Shown: positions 11,864-24,327, counted from the stretch's first letter. The stretch: 64,000 nt of DNA from Octopus vulgaris (GCA_951406725.2 OX597841.1:18166001-18230000), one strand, 5' to 3'. The notes: a model not told the origin generated them from the letters alone. Program-made: numbers and translations.

Positions 11864-13568
11864 TGTTCATGGCCGGAGGAACTGAGACGACCCCAGTTGT
11901 CTCGACACGAGACATTGTCTGTTTTTATTCATCCAATCTCATGAGGCTTTCCTACTCGCACAGCTTTTATCTTTTAGCTTTTGCCTCCTCATCCAATCGG
12001 GTGACACTTTGACAATCAGGTGACTAGCTTTTGCCTCCTCATCCAATCGGGTGACACTTTGACTATCAGGTGACAGGCTTTCGTCTCCTCATCCAATCGG
12101 GTGACACTTTGACTATCAGGTGACTAGCTTTCGCCTCCTCATCCAATCGGGTGACACTTTGACTATCAGGTGACTAGCTTTCGCCTCCTCATCCAATCGG
12201 GTGACACTTTGACAATCAGGTGACTAGCTTTTGCCTCCTCATCCAATCGGGTGACACTTTGACAATCAGGTGACTAGCTTTCGCCTCCTCATCCAATCAG
12301 GTGACACTTTGACAATCAGGTGACTAGCTTTTGCCTCCTCATCCAATCGGGTGACACTTTGACTATCAGGTGACAGGCTTTCGTCTCCTCATCCAATCGG
12401 GTGACACTTTGACTATCAGGTGACTAGCTTTCGCCTCCTCATCCAATCGGGTGACACTTTGACTATCAGGTGACTAGCTTTCGCCTCCTCATCCAATCGG
12501 GTGACACTTTGACAATCAGGTGACTAGCTTTTGCCTCCTCATCCAATCGGGTGACACTTTGACTATCAGGTGACAGGCTTTCGTCTCCTCATCCAATCGG
12601 GTGACACTGACTATCAGGTGACTAGCTTTCGTCTCCTCATCCAATCGGGTGACACTTTGACTATCAGGTGACTAGCTTTCGCCTCCTCATCCAATCGGGT
12701 GACACTTTGACTATCAGGTGACTAGCTTTCGCCTCCTCATCCAATCGGGTGACACTTTGACTATCAGGTGACTAGCTTTCGCCTCCTCATCCAATCGGGT
12801 GACACTTTGACTATCAGGTGACTAGCTTTCGCCTCCTCATCCAATCGGGTGACACTTTGACTATCAGGTGACTAGCTTTCGTCTCCTCATCCAATCGGGT
12901 GACACTTTGACTATCAGGTGACTAGCTTTCGCCTCCTCATCCAATCGGGTGACACTTTGACTATCAGGTGACTAGCTTTCGTCTCCTCATCCAATCGGGT
13001 GACACTTTGACTATCAGGTGACTAGCTTTCGCCTCCTCATCCAATCGGGTGACACTGACTATCAGGTGACTAGCTTTCGTCTCCTCATCCAATCGGGTGA
13101 CACTTTGACTATCAGGTGACTAGCTTTCGCCTCCTCATCCAATCGGGTGACACTTTGACTATCAGGTGACTAGCTTTCGCCTCCTCATCCAATCGGGTGA
13201 CACTTTGACTATCAGGTGACTAGCTTTCGCCTCCTCATCCAATCGGGTGACACTTTGACTATCAGGTGACTAGCTTTCGTCTCCTCATCCAATCGGGTGA
13301 CACTTTGACTATCAGGTGACTAGCTTTCGCCTCCTCATCCAATCGGGTGACACTTTGACTATCAGGTGACATTTTTTATGGAGTTATTCTTTTTCACATC
13401 AAGGACGCTTCTTTCTAGTACAGTTCTGTTCAGTTCCATTGTGGACAACTGGAATAAGTTGACCCTTTTACACTTTGCTTTGAAATTATTGCAACATCTT
13501 TTGTTCATTAATAAAATCATTATCTGAGCACAAAATCGTTATTTGCTTCTACGTTTGTAGCAGTAACA
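11864..13568 (+). mobile_element. LTR-like unit containing a tandem array
   Basis: Begins TGTT, ends AACA. AATAAA near 13510. Flanking bases do not form a TSD. Confidence 0.5.
11975..13370 (+). repeat. Minisatellite, 28 x 50 bp (TAGCTTTCGCCTCCTCATCCAATCGGGTGACACTTTGACTATCAGGTGAC)
   Basis: Direct 50-bp periodicity. Two units carry a 2-bp deletion (1396 bp = 28x50-4). No spacers. Confidence 0.97.
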
Positions 13569-13656
13569 CTTTCAATTTCTTACGTTTATGGATTTGTTTG
13601 GCAAGATTCTTGATGTGGAATCATGTCTTGAAACAGATATTGTTAAACTTGGGGGA

Positions 13657-14060
13657 TACTCTTACTCTTTTACTTGTTTCAGTCATTTGACTGCGGCCAT
13701 GCTGGAGCACCGCCTTTAGTCGAGCAGCTCGACCCCGGGACTTATTCTTTTGTAAGCCCAGTACTTATTCTATCGATCTCTTTTGCCGAACCGCTAAGTA
13801 ACGGGGACATAAACACACCAGCATCAGTTGTCAAGCAATGCTAGGGGGACAAACACAGATACACAAACACACACATGCATATTATATATATACATATGAC
13901 GGGCTTCTTTCAGTTTCCGTCTACTAAATCCATTCACAAGGTATTGGTCGGCTCGAGGCTATAGCAGAAGACACTTGCCCAAGATGCCACGCAGTGGGAC
14001 TGAACCCGGAACCATGTGGTTGGTAAGCAAGCTACTTACCACACAGCCACTCCTGCGCCT
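13657..14060 (-). mobile_element. SINE-A, full length
   Basis: Reverse complement of 938-1341, inserted into another AT-rich repeat. Confidence 0.9.
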
Positions 14061-15577
14061 GGCCATATGTTTTGCCAATTAAACACGCACACTATATATT
14101 TGGTCTTCCCTTCAGTTTTATTGTTATTTTAGTGTCTTTGTGTAAGCTCTCTTGGCACCTCTTCAGTGGTAAAGACCAAACAAATAATGGCAAAATATAT
14201 ATTACAACTACAACAATATTTTCCATTTCATTTTCTTTTGCATTCCTGACATTTTGTGGAACTTTTAACCTAAATTAATCTACAAACTGATTGTATCTGA
14301 TGAAGATATTTCCCATAATCCCATAGCATTCTTCTCCTGCTCTATATCCGACCACCTTAAAGAGATGAGATCTTTAAAGTGGACACGTGTGTGTGATTCT
14401 GAAGTTGCAGACTTCAACTATGATATGAGAGCTGAGAAGCAATGCTATCTAAGCCATTACACTTGACCTGGAAGTTGTTCTGGTTATAAAGCTTGTGATA
14501 TGTCTACGACTGAGAACCGTTTGCTGAACAGGAATGAGATATTCCTTGCTACATTTTGAGGATTAGGTTTAGAACACTCAGGTTAGGTCTCTGCTATGAA
14601 GGTATCATCATTCCGTCCTTCTGCTGGGCCTGGAAACCTTGAGATATGCTAGGCTCTCTACCCGCCCTCTTCTGACAAAGCTCTTGAAAAAAAAAGAAAC
14701 AAGAAATTTTAAAGTCTTTGCAGATGTAGTAACTGCTGTCTCTATCGATCAATGCAAACAATTCAATAACAATAATAATAATAATAATAACAAAAGCATT
14801 TCTTTTGGTGTCTAAATCTTTTATAAAGTTTTAAAAGGAAAAAGATGAAGAAAATAAAAAGATAAACCAGGAATAACAACAGCAATAATAATAATGATAA
14901 TAATAATAATAATAATAAGTCTCTAACATGGGCACAAGGCCTGAAATTTAGAGAGGCAGATTAATCAATACCATTGACCCTAGTACATGACTGGTACTTA
15001 ATTTTATTGACCTCAGAAAGGCAGATTCAGCTTCGAGAGGATTTCAAATTGGAACGAAACGGGAAATGAGTAAATGCCCCAAGAGCATTTTAATTATCGC
15101 ACCAATAATAATTATAATAATGATAATGATTTGAATAAAGGGAAAAGGCCATCAATTGTGTAGAGGGGGAATAGGATGAGAAAAAGAGGGATAGATTCTA
15201 TGAAAATCGACTCAGCACATAACTGGTATCTTATTTGTATTTAATCAGTCAACTTTCTAGGGAAGACTGAAAGGGAAATTTTAACTTCTGTGAGATTTGA
15301 ACCCAGCAAATAGGGGATGGAGGGCAAAATAAAAATGAATACTGATTTGGTCTGGGGCTTTCCCAAGATAATCATTGTTTCTAAGATAGCCACAAACTTG
15401 GAAGGAAGGGTTTAGGGGAATAAACCAAATCCTATACTTAACTGGTGTTTTACCAAGCCAAGGGAAATAGAAGGTAAACTTGATCTTATTGGGATTTGAA
15501 CTCATAATGTAAAGAGCTGGAATAAATAGCACAAAGCATTTTGTCCAATGCTCCAACAATTCTGCTAATCCACCACC

Positions 15578-15604
<27 letters not shown>

Positions 15605-15609
<5 letters not shown>

Positions 15610-15830
15610 CCTTTCTACTATAAGCACAAGGCCTGGAATTTTGGGGAAGGCAGGGGGTAGTCAATGACATCGACCCCTAGTGTTCAACTGGTCCTTATTT
15701 AATCAAACCTGAAAGGACGAAAGGCAAAATTGACCTTGGCAGAATTTGAACTCAGAATGTAAAGATGAACAAAATACCGCTAGGCACTTTGTCCAGGGTG
15801 TTAACAGTTCTACCAGTACTTCACTGGTAC
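15605..15830 (-). mobile_element. Second tRNA-derived SINE family (SINE-B), associated with (TAA)n
   Basis: B box GAGTTCAAATTC, central TTTGCCTTTCRTCCTTTC...AAATAAGKACCAG segment (resembles the MetaSINE-type domain), tail CTTGTGC..ATAGTAGAAAGG(ATT)n. Other copies near 14915-15100, 20350-20540, 27990-28150, 29115-29310, 58870-59045. Confidence 0.75.
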
Positions 15831-16110
15831 TCTTATAATAATAATAATGATAATAATAATAATAATAATGATAATAAAAATAATTTCTTACATATCAAAA
15901 AAATATATATATAAACCCCAAGAAAAAAGATCAACTATTAAAAAAAACAACAAAAACAAAACAACAACAATAATGACAAAAACAAACAACAAAAAAGGAA
16001 AGGGGGAACAAAAAACAAAAAACAAAGACATTTTACTGTTTTTAAGAAAGAATGAAAATATCAAAAAGTGGAGGCAAAATAATTGGATATAGAGAGAGTG
16101 TTTAGGCAAA

Positions 16111-16227
16111 AGTGTGTGTGTGTGTGTGTGTGTTTATATATATATATATACACACACACACATATATATATATACACACATATATGTAAATGTATATATA
16201 TATACACAAATATGTATATAGATTATA

Positions 16228-16272
<45 letters not shown>

Positions 16273-16337
16273 GTATATATACACACATATGTACATACAC
16301 ATTTTATATATACATACAACTATGTATATAGATTATA

Positions 16338-16368
<31 letters not shown>

Positions 16369-16468
16369 TTCTATACACACATATGTACATACACATTTTA
16401 TATATACATACAAATATGTATATAGATTATATGTGTGTGTATATATACATACATGCATATACATATAA
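16111..16468. repeat. Compound (TG)/(TA)/(CA) microsatellite with a thrice-repeated unit
   Basis: TATGTATATAGATTATATGTGTGTG recurs three times. Confidence 0.85.
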
Positions 16469-17502
16469 GATACAGATTACTCGAATTGCAGAATGAGGGA
16501 AACAACACTAAAATAGTAATAAAATATTAATCAGTGTGTGTGTGTGTATGTGTGTGTGTGTGTGTGTGTTAAGAAGTTATTGTATGTACAAGTTTGTGTG
16601 TGTATGCAAGCGTATGTGAGCAGTGTGTGTCTGTCCAATCATTTCATTGTGTTACTGCCAGAGGCTCTTCTGGTCACTAAGCCCTAAAGTGTTTCTTCAA
16701 GTAAAGAATTGTTTATTTCACTCAGCTTTGAAAGTGCACAGCTATAAAGGACGATTTTTTTCATTTCTGCTTCTTTTTTTGGCCAAGTAATGCCAACAGA
16801 CATCATTGGTTTATACATACATATATCTTTGAAATTTGTTTATGGAAAACATTTTAAATATGCCAGTAAAACTCCTCTTCCGTTCTGCTGGCCACAGTCC
16901 AATGATGCTGACAGGTGAACCAGTTTTTAGGGGTTGAACTGAGCTGTACTAATTAATAAATTCCAACCAAGGATTACTGTTCTTATTTCTATATACATAT
17001 ATTAGTTGAAACCTTTCATAAGAACTGCAGACTTTCAGTCACACGGACACATGTGTACCACACACACACACACACACACATTTACATAGATGACAGGCTT
17101 CCATACTGATAACATTTACCAATTCCGGCCATGCGGTACTTGTTGGTTTAAGTCTACAGTAGGAGACATTTGCCAAAGGTACCATGCACTGGGATGGAAC
17201 TTGCGACCTTGTGGTAACAAAGCGAACTTTATAATCACAATTATGCCTGCACTAAAACAGACATTACATGTATGTGTGTGTGTGTGTGTGTGTGTGGAAT
17301 GAGTAGTGTGTGTGATGATGTGATAGTATAAGCGTGATCATGTGTGGCTAGGAGAGAGCATGATGGAATGTAGAGCAGGAGGTGGGAAGAAGTTTGTATT
17401 TCATTTCATGTGTGTGTGTGTGTGTGTGTGTTGAAAATTATGTGAAGATGTTATGTGTCTGTGAGAGTATTAAGAGGTATAAATGTATGTTATATATATA
17501 TG

Positions 17503-17544
<42 letters not shown>

Positions 17545-18094
17545 TGGACCATAAACAAAACTTGACTTAAACAGGACTCAAATAATCCTATCAGGTGGTG
17601 CTATTAAGTTAGACATGGCCTGGACCAATCATTGGTCGAAACATATCGAAGTTTATGTTATATATATATATATATATACAAAGACAAATAAATAGAGAGA
17701 TAAAAAAATATAGATTGTTAGATAGAGAGATAGGCTTGAAATGTAGTGTGTGTATGATTTATGTTTGTGTTTTATGTAAGTTTCAGCGTGTGGTGTGTGT
17801 GTTTATGGAAATCATAATGTGAGTGTATAATGCTATATGCATGTTTGTGTGAGTAGAATAAAAATATGAATGCATGCTATATTGCTTTATTACATGCTGT
17901 ATATGATTGCGTACGTATATATTCATAAATGTCTGAATACTACAAATGTGTGCACAAAATACACACACACACACATATATATACATACATGTATATATAT
18001 ATAGTACTAATATAGGATGAGGTTTTTTTCTCTACAGAAAAGAATTCCATCAAGAAATGTGGCAGCATCTTAAAAAACCTTTAAAGGTTAAAAT

Positions 18095-18174
18095 TATAAA
18101 CAACTTATAAAGAAGGGCTAAAGAAAATTATTTTAAAATAATTTTCTTTAGCCCTTACTTATAAGTTGTTTATA
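18095..18174. repeat. AT-rich palindrome with a perfect 44-bp core
   Basis: 18113-18156 AAGGGCTAAAGAAAATTATTTT|AAAATAATTTTCTTTAGCCCTT, extended by TATAAACAACTTATAA/TTATAAGTTGTTTATA. Confidence 0.95.
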
Positions 18175-19637
18175 TATATATACACACACATACGTATATG
18201 TGCATACATACACATTATATAGACATGCTTTTTGTGTGGTGCTTATGTTATGATGTTTATGAGGGCAAGGTTATGGGCAGAACAAGTTTTTAAAAGAGAT
18301 GGTAGTGGTGGTTAATGGGATCATCCTAGAAGAACTACCCTCCTTAAATGCAGCTCAGAGTGGAAAGGGATTGTTGTTTAACCCTAATCAACCCTGATGG
18401 GGTTAGGACCTATAATCAAAAAAGAGTCCAGCTGTGACCACCTCGTCATTCTAGGTACCCAATCTATCGTCTCTCTTCCTTTCTCCAAGTCATCATTGTA
18501 CTAAGAGGAAAATTTGACTGTTTTTTTTTTGGTTTTTTTAGTAGATCAATGACCCCTAAACCCTGACACGTGGCATTTGTTGTTTAACCTGAGGTCATTT
18601 CTGATCTAGCAAACCCTATAATTAAAGGGATTCCAGTCATTACCATTCCACCAGTTTTAGGTATCTGGGACTACAGTAGTAAATATTTTGCTTCTGTTTC
18701 TTTTCACAGCAATTTGTATCAACACGCTTACTCTGGCTTGGAAAATGGAGATTAGACGAAGCTGGAAATGGTGTGAAAGGAGTTGCAGCCACTTAAGGCT
18801 TTAGCATTCAGATTACCCTGTCAAATGTAATCCCTATTTATTCATATTGATCTGAATTAGTCATGGATTACCTTGTAGCTTTAAGATTTCAACAATGTGA
18901 TTGTTTATTTTTAGAATAATATTGCAGAGTAAGTGTGAGAGGTCTGATCTGGTTGGTTTGAAGATAAAACAGGTTGATTATTCTTGTTGGATATGGCCGG
19001 TTTAAATAGTATATACCCAAGCCAGAGAGGGCTGCTTTAATTTGAGCAAAGAGGAGGTTTTATGAGGGATCGCCTAATCCTATTGAAGGCCTACTGAAGT
19101 GCTGGTGGTGGTTTTGGGGTTGGCAACTACTGCAAGTTCTACAAAGGATAGAGAGCTTTCACAGAAATAAAAGTCACTGCCTAAGTTTGGGAAGGATTAA
19201 GCAAAATATTTGGGAGCAGGTAAGGGGACTTAGAAGAAAAGTCGACTGAAGGGTAAAGGGTTTTGGCATCCAACCCAGATAAGACATGGGGTACATGTGC
19301 TTTATAACAGACATCAATTCCTATTATATATGGGATGGGGTTTGTGGTTTAGTGGTTAGGGTTAGGGTGTTGCCTTTGCAGTCGCAAGATTGAGGTTTGC
19401 ATCCCCAGACTGGGCAGCGTGATGTCTTATGTTCTGGAGCAAAACACTTCGTTTCTGTTGTTTCAATCCACTCAGCTGTAAGGGAGCAGCAAGGAACAGA
19501 GGACCTGTTCAGAGGGAACGTCGGGATCTTGGTTACTTATACACCATGGAAACTGGATAACTAGCCCCATGAGTCTTGAGACCCACAGGATTGTACTTAC
19601 TAGTGTGAAAGGGGGCAACGTACCTTAGGACTTAAGC

Positions 19638-19810
19638 AAAAGATGAAGTACCCCAATAGATAAAAGATGAAATACCCCAACAGATAAAAGATGAAGTACC
19701 CCAACAGATAAAAGATGAAGTACCCCAACAGATAAAAGATGAAGTACCCCAACAGATAAAAGATGAAGTACCCCAACAGATAAAAGATGAAGTACCCCAA
19801 CAGATAAAAG
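19638..19810 (+). repeat. Minisatellite, about 7 x 24 bp (AAAAGATGAAGTACCCCAACAGAT)
   Basis: Direct 24-bp periodicity. Confidence 0.95.
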
Positions 19811-20874
19811 GGGAAATACTTAAATATAAAGGTTGAGAAGCTTGTCATTGAGGACATTCATATTTTTAAAACCAAAAAGGCCATCCTTAGTGATTTTCTT
19901 GTTATTTAGCCTATGGCTGAACAGACCAATGATCAAAAGCACTCCAGTTATGACCATCTCATCTATGATTTTAGCAATGTCTCAGACTATTTAATTCAAA
20001 GTATTTTCCCACGCATCTGATTTGATATAGAAGTTCCAGTGTTGGCTTATACATATATAAATACATAAACGAGACAGCAGATGGTGATTTGAGGGAGATT
20101 TGGCTGCTATTGCTATTAAGAAAAGGTTCCCTCATTAGTTCATACCTACATACATACCCACATACATACAGATGTATATATTTTAGTGAGCCCAACCCCT
20201 ACTCCAGAAGAATGAAAGAAAATTAACCATGGCAGGATATGAACCCAGGACGCATGTGGGTGGGGAAAATAAAAACAGAAAACTCTTACACATTTGATCA
20301 AATGCTACGTTAAGTCTGATAGCCTGAAATAATAAGGATAATAATAATAATTCTTTCTGCTAAAGGCACAAAGCCTGAAATTTGTGGGGAGGGGAATAGA
20401 CCCCAGTGCTTTACTGGTACTTAATTTATTGACCCCGAAAGGATGAAAGGTAAAGTTGACCTCAGTGGAATTTGAACTCAGAACGTAAAAACGGACAAAA
20501 TACTGCTATGCATGCTAACAACTCTGCCAGCTCGTTGCCATAATGATGATAATAATAATGATAATAATAATAATAATAATAATAGTAATAATAATAATGA
20601 TAATAATAATAATAATAATAATATAATAATAATAAATGAATGGTGAAGTTAAAATGTGTGGTTAAATGTGGGAGGGAAGTAAGGATCTTTAGTAAAACAC
20701 AAAACAACGAAAAATATTTAAAAAATGGTTTTGATGAATGGTAGGCTAGTGCAGGGTGCAAAGTATAAACCTGAAGAGAAGGGGAAGGGTCTGTGGTGGT
20801 GGGGGAGAAGAAAGTAATGTGGATGGGAACGGAGAGTAGTGTGTGTGTGTGTGTGTGTGTGTGTGTTCATTATA

Positions 20875-21071
20875 TTTTACTCTTTTACTTGTTTCAGTCA
20901 TTTGACTGTGGCCATGCTGGAGCACCGCCTTTAGTCGAGCAAATCGACCCTGGGACTTATTCTTTTGTAAGCCCAGTACTTCTATCGGTCTCTTTTTGCC
21001 GAACCGCTAAGTGACGGGGACGTAAACACACCAGCATCGGTTGTCAAGCAATGCGAAGGGAACAAACACAG

Positions 21072-21104
<33 letters not shown>

Positions 21105-21241
21105 CATATATACGACGGGCTTCTTTCAGTTTCCGTCTACCAAATCCACTATAGCAGAAGACACTTGCCCAAGATGCCACGCAGTGGGACTGAACCCAGA
21201 ACCATGTGGTTGGTTAGCAAGCTACTTACCACACAGCCACT

Positions 21242-21243
<2 letters not shown>
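20875..21243 (-). mobile_element. SINE-A with a small internal deletion
   Basis: Homology to 938-1341. Confidence 0.9.
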
Positions 21244-21283
<40 letters not shown>

Positions 21284-21749
21284 GTATGTATGTATATTGT
21301 ATATGTATGTCTATATTCCCGAGAGAGGGCAACACTGAACAAATGGGATATTTTCACACCTTTTTAAATAAGAGAGATGTTTTCTCCACGATAACCGCAG
21401 TGTATTTGCCTTTAGGAGTTGAAATATGTGACAAATATATTTCAACTGACCTAAATTGTGTATATATGTATATATATCTTCTATATATATATATTATATA
21501 TATATATATGGTGTTGTGTGTGTGTGTGTCTAGATATCTGATTTTTATTGCAAACCTATGTATATGGCTAGTATGAAAATAAGGGTTGGGGCGTAACATT
21601 GCAAATGCTAAAATATTCACATATGTGTGTGTGTGTGTACATAGACGCATGAAAAGAAAGTCTAGAAGAAGACAATTAAGAGGGTGAGAGGGGTGGGTTA
21701 GGGTATTGCAGATAAGGAAGGAGAAGACAAAGAGGGAATGGGTAGGATG

Positions 21750-21925
21750 ATGGTTGTGGTGGTGGCCGTAGTTGTGGTGGTGGTTGTGGTGGTGGTGGTG
21801 GTTGTGGTGGTGGTGGTGGTGGTTGTGGTGGTGGTTGTGGTGGTGGTGGTGGTTGTGGTGGTGGTGGTGGTGGTGGTGGTGGTGGTGGTGGTGGTGGTGG
21901 TTGTGGTTGTGGTGGTGGTGGTGGC
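21750..21925. repeat. (GGT)n trinucleotide tract with GTT interruptions
   Basis: Direct inspection. Source of the poly-H/P/V ORFs. Confidence 0.95.
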
Positions 21926-22155
21926 AATGATGAAAGAAGACTATTGCAGCAGTGAATGTATCCATGTTTGCAGATGCATGTGTGTGTTTGCATATAAATG
22001 TCTGTCTCAAAAGCATTTACAATATGTGCATGGATACACAGACACACACAATCTTTTACATATGTATGCCTTGAGACACACATTCAGATATGCGCACACA
22101 AACACACATAAATATACACACAATTTTACATCGATATATATATATGTATATGTAA

Positions 22156-22311
22156 AAAAATACAAACTGGGACAAGAACGCAAAACAATTTCAGCCGAAA
22201 TTGCGAGGATGATCCGGTTCTTGACTGAAGATTGAAGGCTTTGAATGTCCCGTCCGTGTTTTTTGTATCGTCTTCTAAATGTTTTGCGTTCTTATCCCAG
22301 TTTGTATTTTT
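22156..22311. repeat. Small fold-back element with 32-bp inverted ends, in (TA)n
   Basis: AAAAATACAAACTGGGACAAGAACGCAAAACA / TGTTTTGCGTTCTTATCCCAGTTTGTATTTTT, one mismatch. Confidence 0.85.
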
Positions 22312-22828
22312 CTACATATACATATATATAGCGGCGCCCGTACCCTTTTTGGTCTTATATATATATATATATATGAATGTAGGGATATATATATAGATAG
22401 ATATGTGTCTTCAGCAGTATGTGGAAATACAAATTGTATATATCAGCAACTGATTCTGACATTTTACACTGTTGTTACCCAAAGTATTATCTTCCTCCTT
22501 TTCAACATCTTTATGCATAATGTTACAATATAATGCTTATATAAACACCAATATCAAAGAGGAGTTTATCCTGACAAAAAGCAGGAACAGAAAACTCAGA
22601 GTAGTAACAATATAAAACATCACTTTTTTTATCTCTTTAATTATTATTAACTCATTTGTCTTGATTACTCTTCCATATGCATGTATGCATATAAATATAT
22701 ACATACATATATATACATACATACATACATACATATAATTAAATAAGGGTAGAAATTGATATTAATCAATTAAAACCAGTGGCCTAGCATATTTAAAAAA
22801 ATCTGACGATTAAAAATTTTTTTACAAA

Positions 22829-22956
22829 CAAAATTTAGAGGATTGACCACTAAAAGTGGACAGACTGTATGCTAGATATAAATGTCAAAATGGCGATTTT
22901 GACATCTATATCTAGCATACAGGCTGTCCACTTTTAGTGGTCAATCCTCTAAATTT

Positions 22957-22958
<2 letters not shown>
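22829..22958. repeat. 130-bp near-perfect hairpin with a 4-nt loop
   Basis: CAAAATTTAGAGGATTGACCACTAAAAGTGGACAG...ATGTCAAAAT-GGCG-ATTTTGACAT...CTGTCCACTTTTAGTGGTCAATCCTCTAAATTTTG. Confidence 0.95.
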
Positions 22959-22995
<37 letters not shown>

Positions 22996-23000
22996 CACGA

Positions 23001-23034
<34 letters not shown>

Positions 23035-23355
23035 GTATACACACATATATACAAAATGTATGTATATATTCACATGCAAAAAAAACAAAAGACCCACACT
23101 TGTTATACTCATGCAGACATACAGACACAATATGTGAAATAAATATTACTACATTTTCATGACTAAGTTTAATGCCAAACAGAACCGCTTAATACAAGTC
23201 AAGATTGTCGTCATGAGAAAAGTTTCACCAAACTTCCGTCAGGTGAATACTCCAGATAGTATGAAACTGCAAATTCATGGAGATATAGTATTATTTATCA
23301 ACTATATTACGATATATATATATATATATTATCTGAAGTGTACAGTATTAGATAT

Positions 23356-23462
23356 CCATTATGACCAATCATACAAATCAGTTTCGTGCTAGGGATTTAA
23401 ATGGTGTGTTAGGTTACAATCCAATTATGTAACCCTGCACTCATCAGAGATCGCTGATATGG
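23356..23462 (-). ncRNA. Type I hammerhead ribozyme candidate with intact catalytic core
   Basis: Minus strand: CCATATCAGCGATCT-CTGATGA-GTGCAGGG[inner hairpin]CCCTAGCAC-GAAAC-TGATTT-GTA-TGATTGGTCATAATGG. CUGAUGA, GAAA, GUA triplet and stems I-III are all placeable. Stem III is only 2 bp and the first stem I pair is U-U. Confidence 0.7.
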
Positions 23463-23563
23463 AATGAAATATGGCAATATACAAACTTGGATAGTGATGT
23501 ATCATTCATCCTGTTTGGATTGCAAAAAGGGTATGCATGTACATATATATATATATATATACA

Positions 23564-23619
<56 letters not shown>

Positions 23620-23826
23620 TGTATATACACAATAGCATTGAACAGTGAGAATGAGAGATCAACACTGCATTTGGTGGATAAAATATTCTTTATTTCTGGA
23701 TTAACAGTGCTACGAATGGTTTTATGTGGAAAGAATTTCCTTAATTTTCAAGCAATCCACTTAAAAATGATGGTTAATCACCTGCGATGGGTAGCAGTGT
23801 TAATCCACAAATAAAGTGAAAATAAA

Positions 23827-23882
<56 letters not shown>

Positions 23883-23891
23883 ATATGTATG

Positions 23892-23958
<67 letters not shown>

Positions 23959-24204
23959 GCATATATGTATGTATATACTCACTCTACACAATGTATTGAA
24001 ATACTCTTAATTTTGTTCATGAAATTACACAGAAATAATGTACAAATGTGTGTGTGTGTGTATTTATGCATATGTGTGTATGTATATATATATATATATA
24101 TATATATTTAGTCATACACATACACACATTTATGTATATAGATCAGTACACGTGGTGGATATGCATGTGTTTGTGTGTGTGACTTTAACATTGCTTGTTA
24201 TGAA

Positions 24205-24235
<31 letters not shown>

Positions 24236-24327
24236 ATAAGTAATTAATCAGTGAGTTGTTCGTCATCTCCCCCACCTGCCCCCACCCCACACACACCTAC
24301 CCACTCCTCTCTCCTCTGTCCCCATCC

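Noticed and set aside
11975-13370. CRISPR array
   Set aside because: Units are contiguous near-identical 50-mers with no unique spacers, there are no cas genes, and the context is eukaryotic.
16630-16750. CCAAT + TATAAA promoter
   Set aside because: The motifs are common in AT-rich DNA and no downstream exon was found.
19600-19857. Repetitive membrane peptide (FYLLGYFI)n
   Set aside because: Translation of the 24-bp minisatellite.
21354-22235. Poly-His, poly-Pro (formin-like) and poly-Val ORFs
   Set aside because: Translation of a (GGT)n tract with no flanking domain or splice support.
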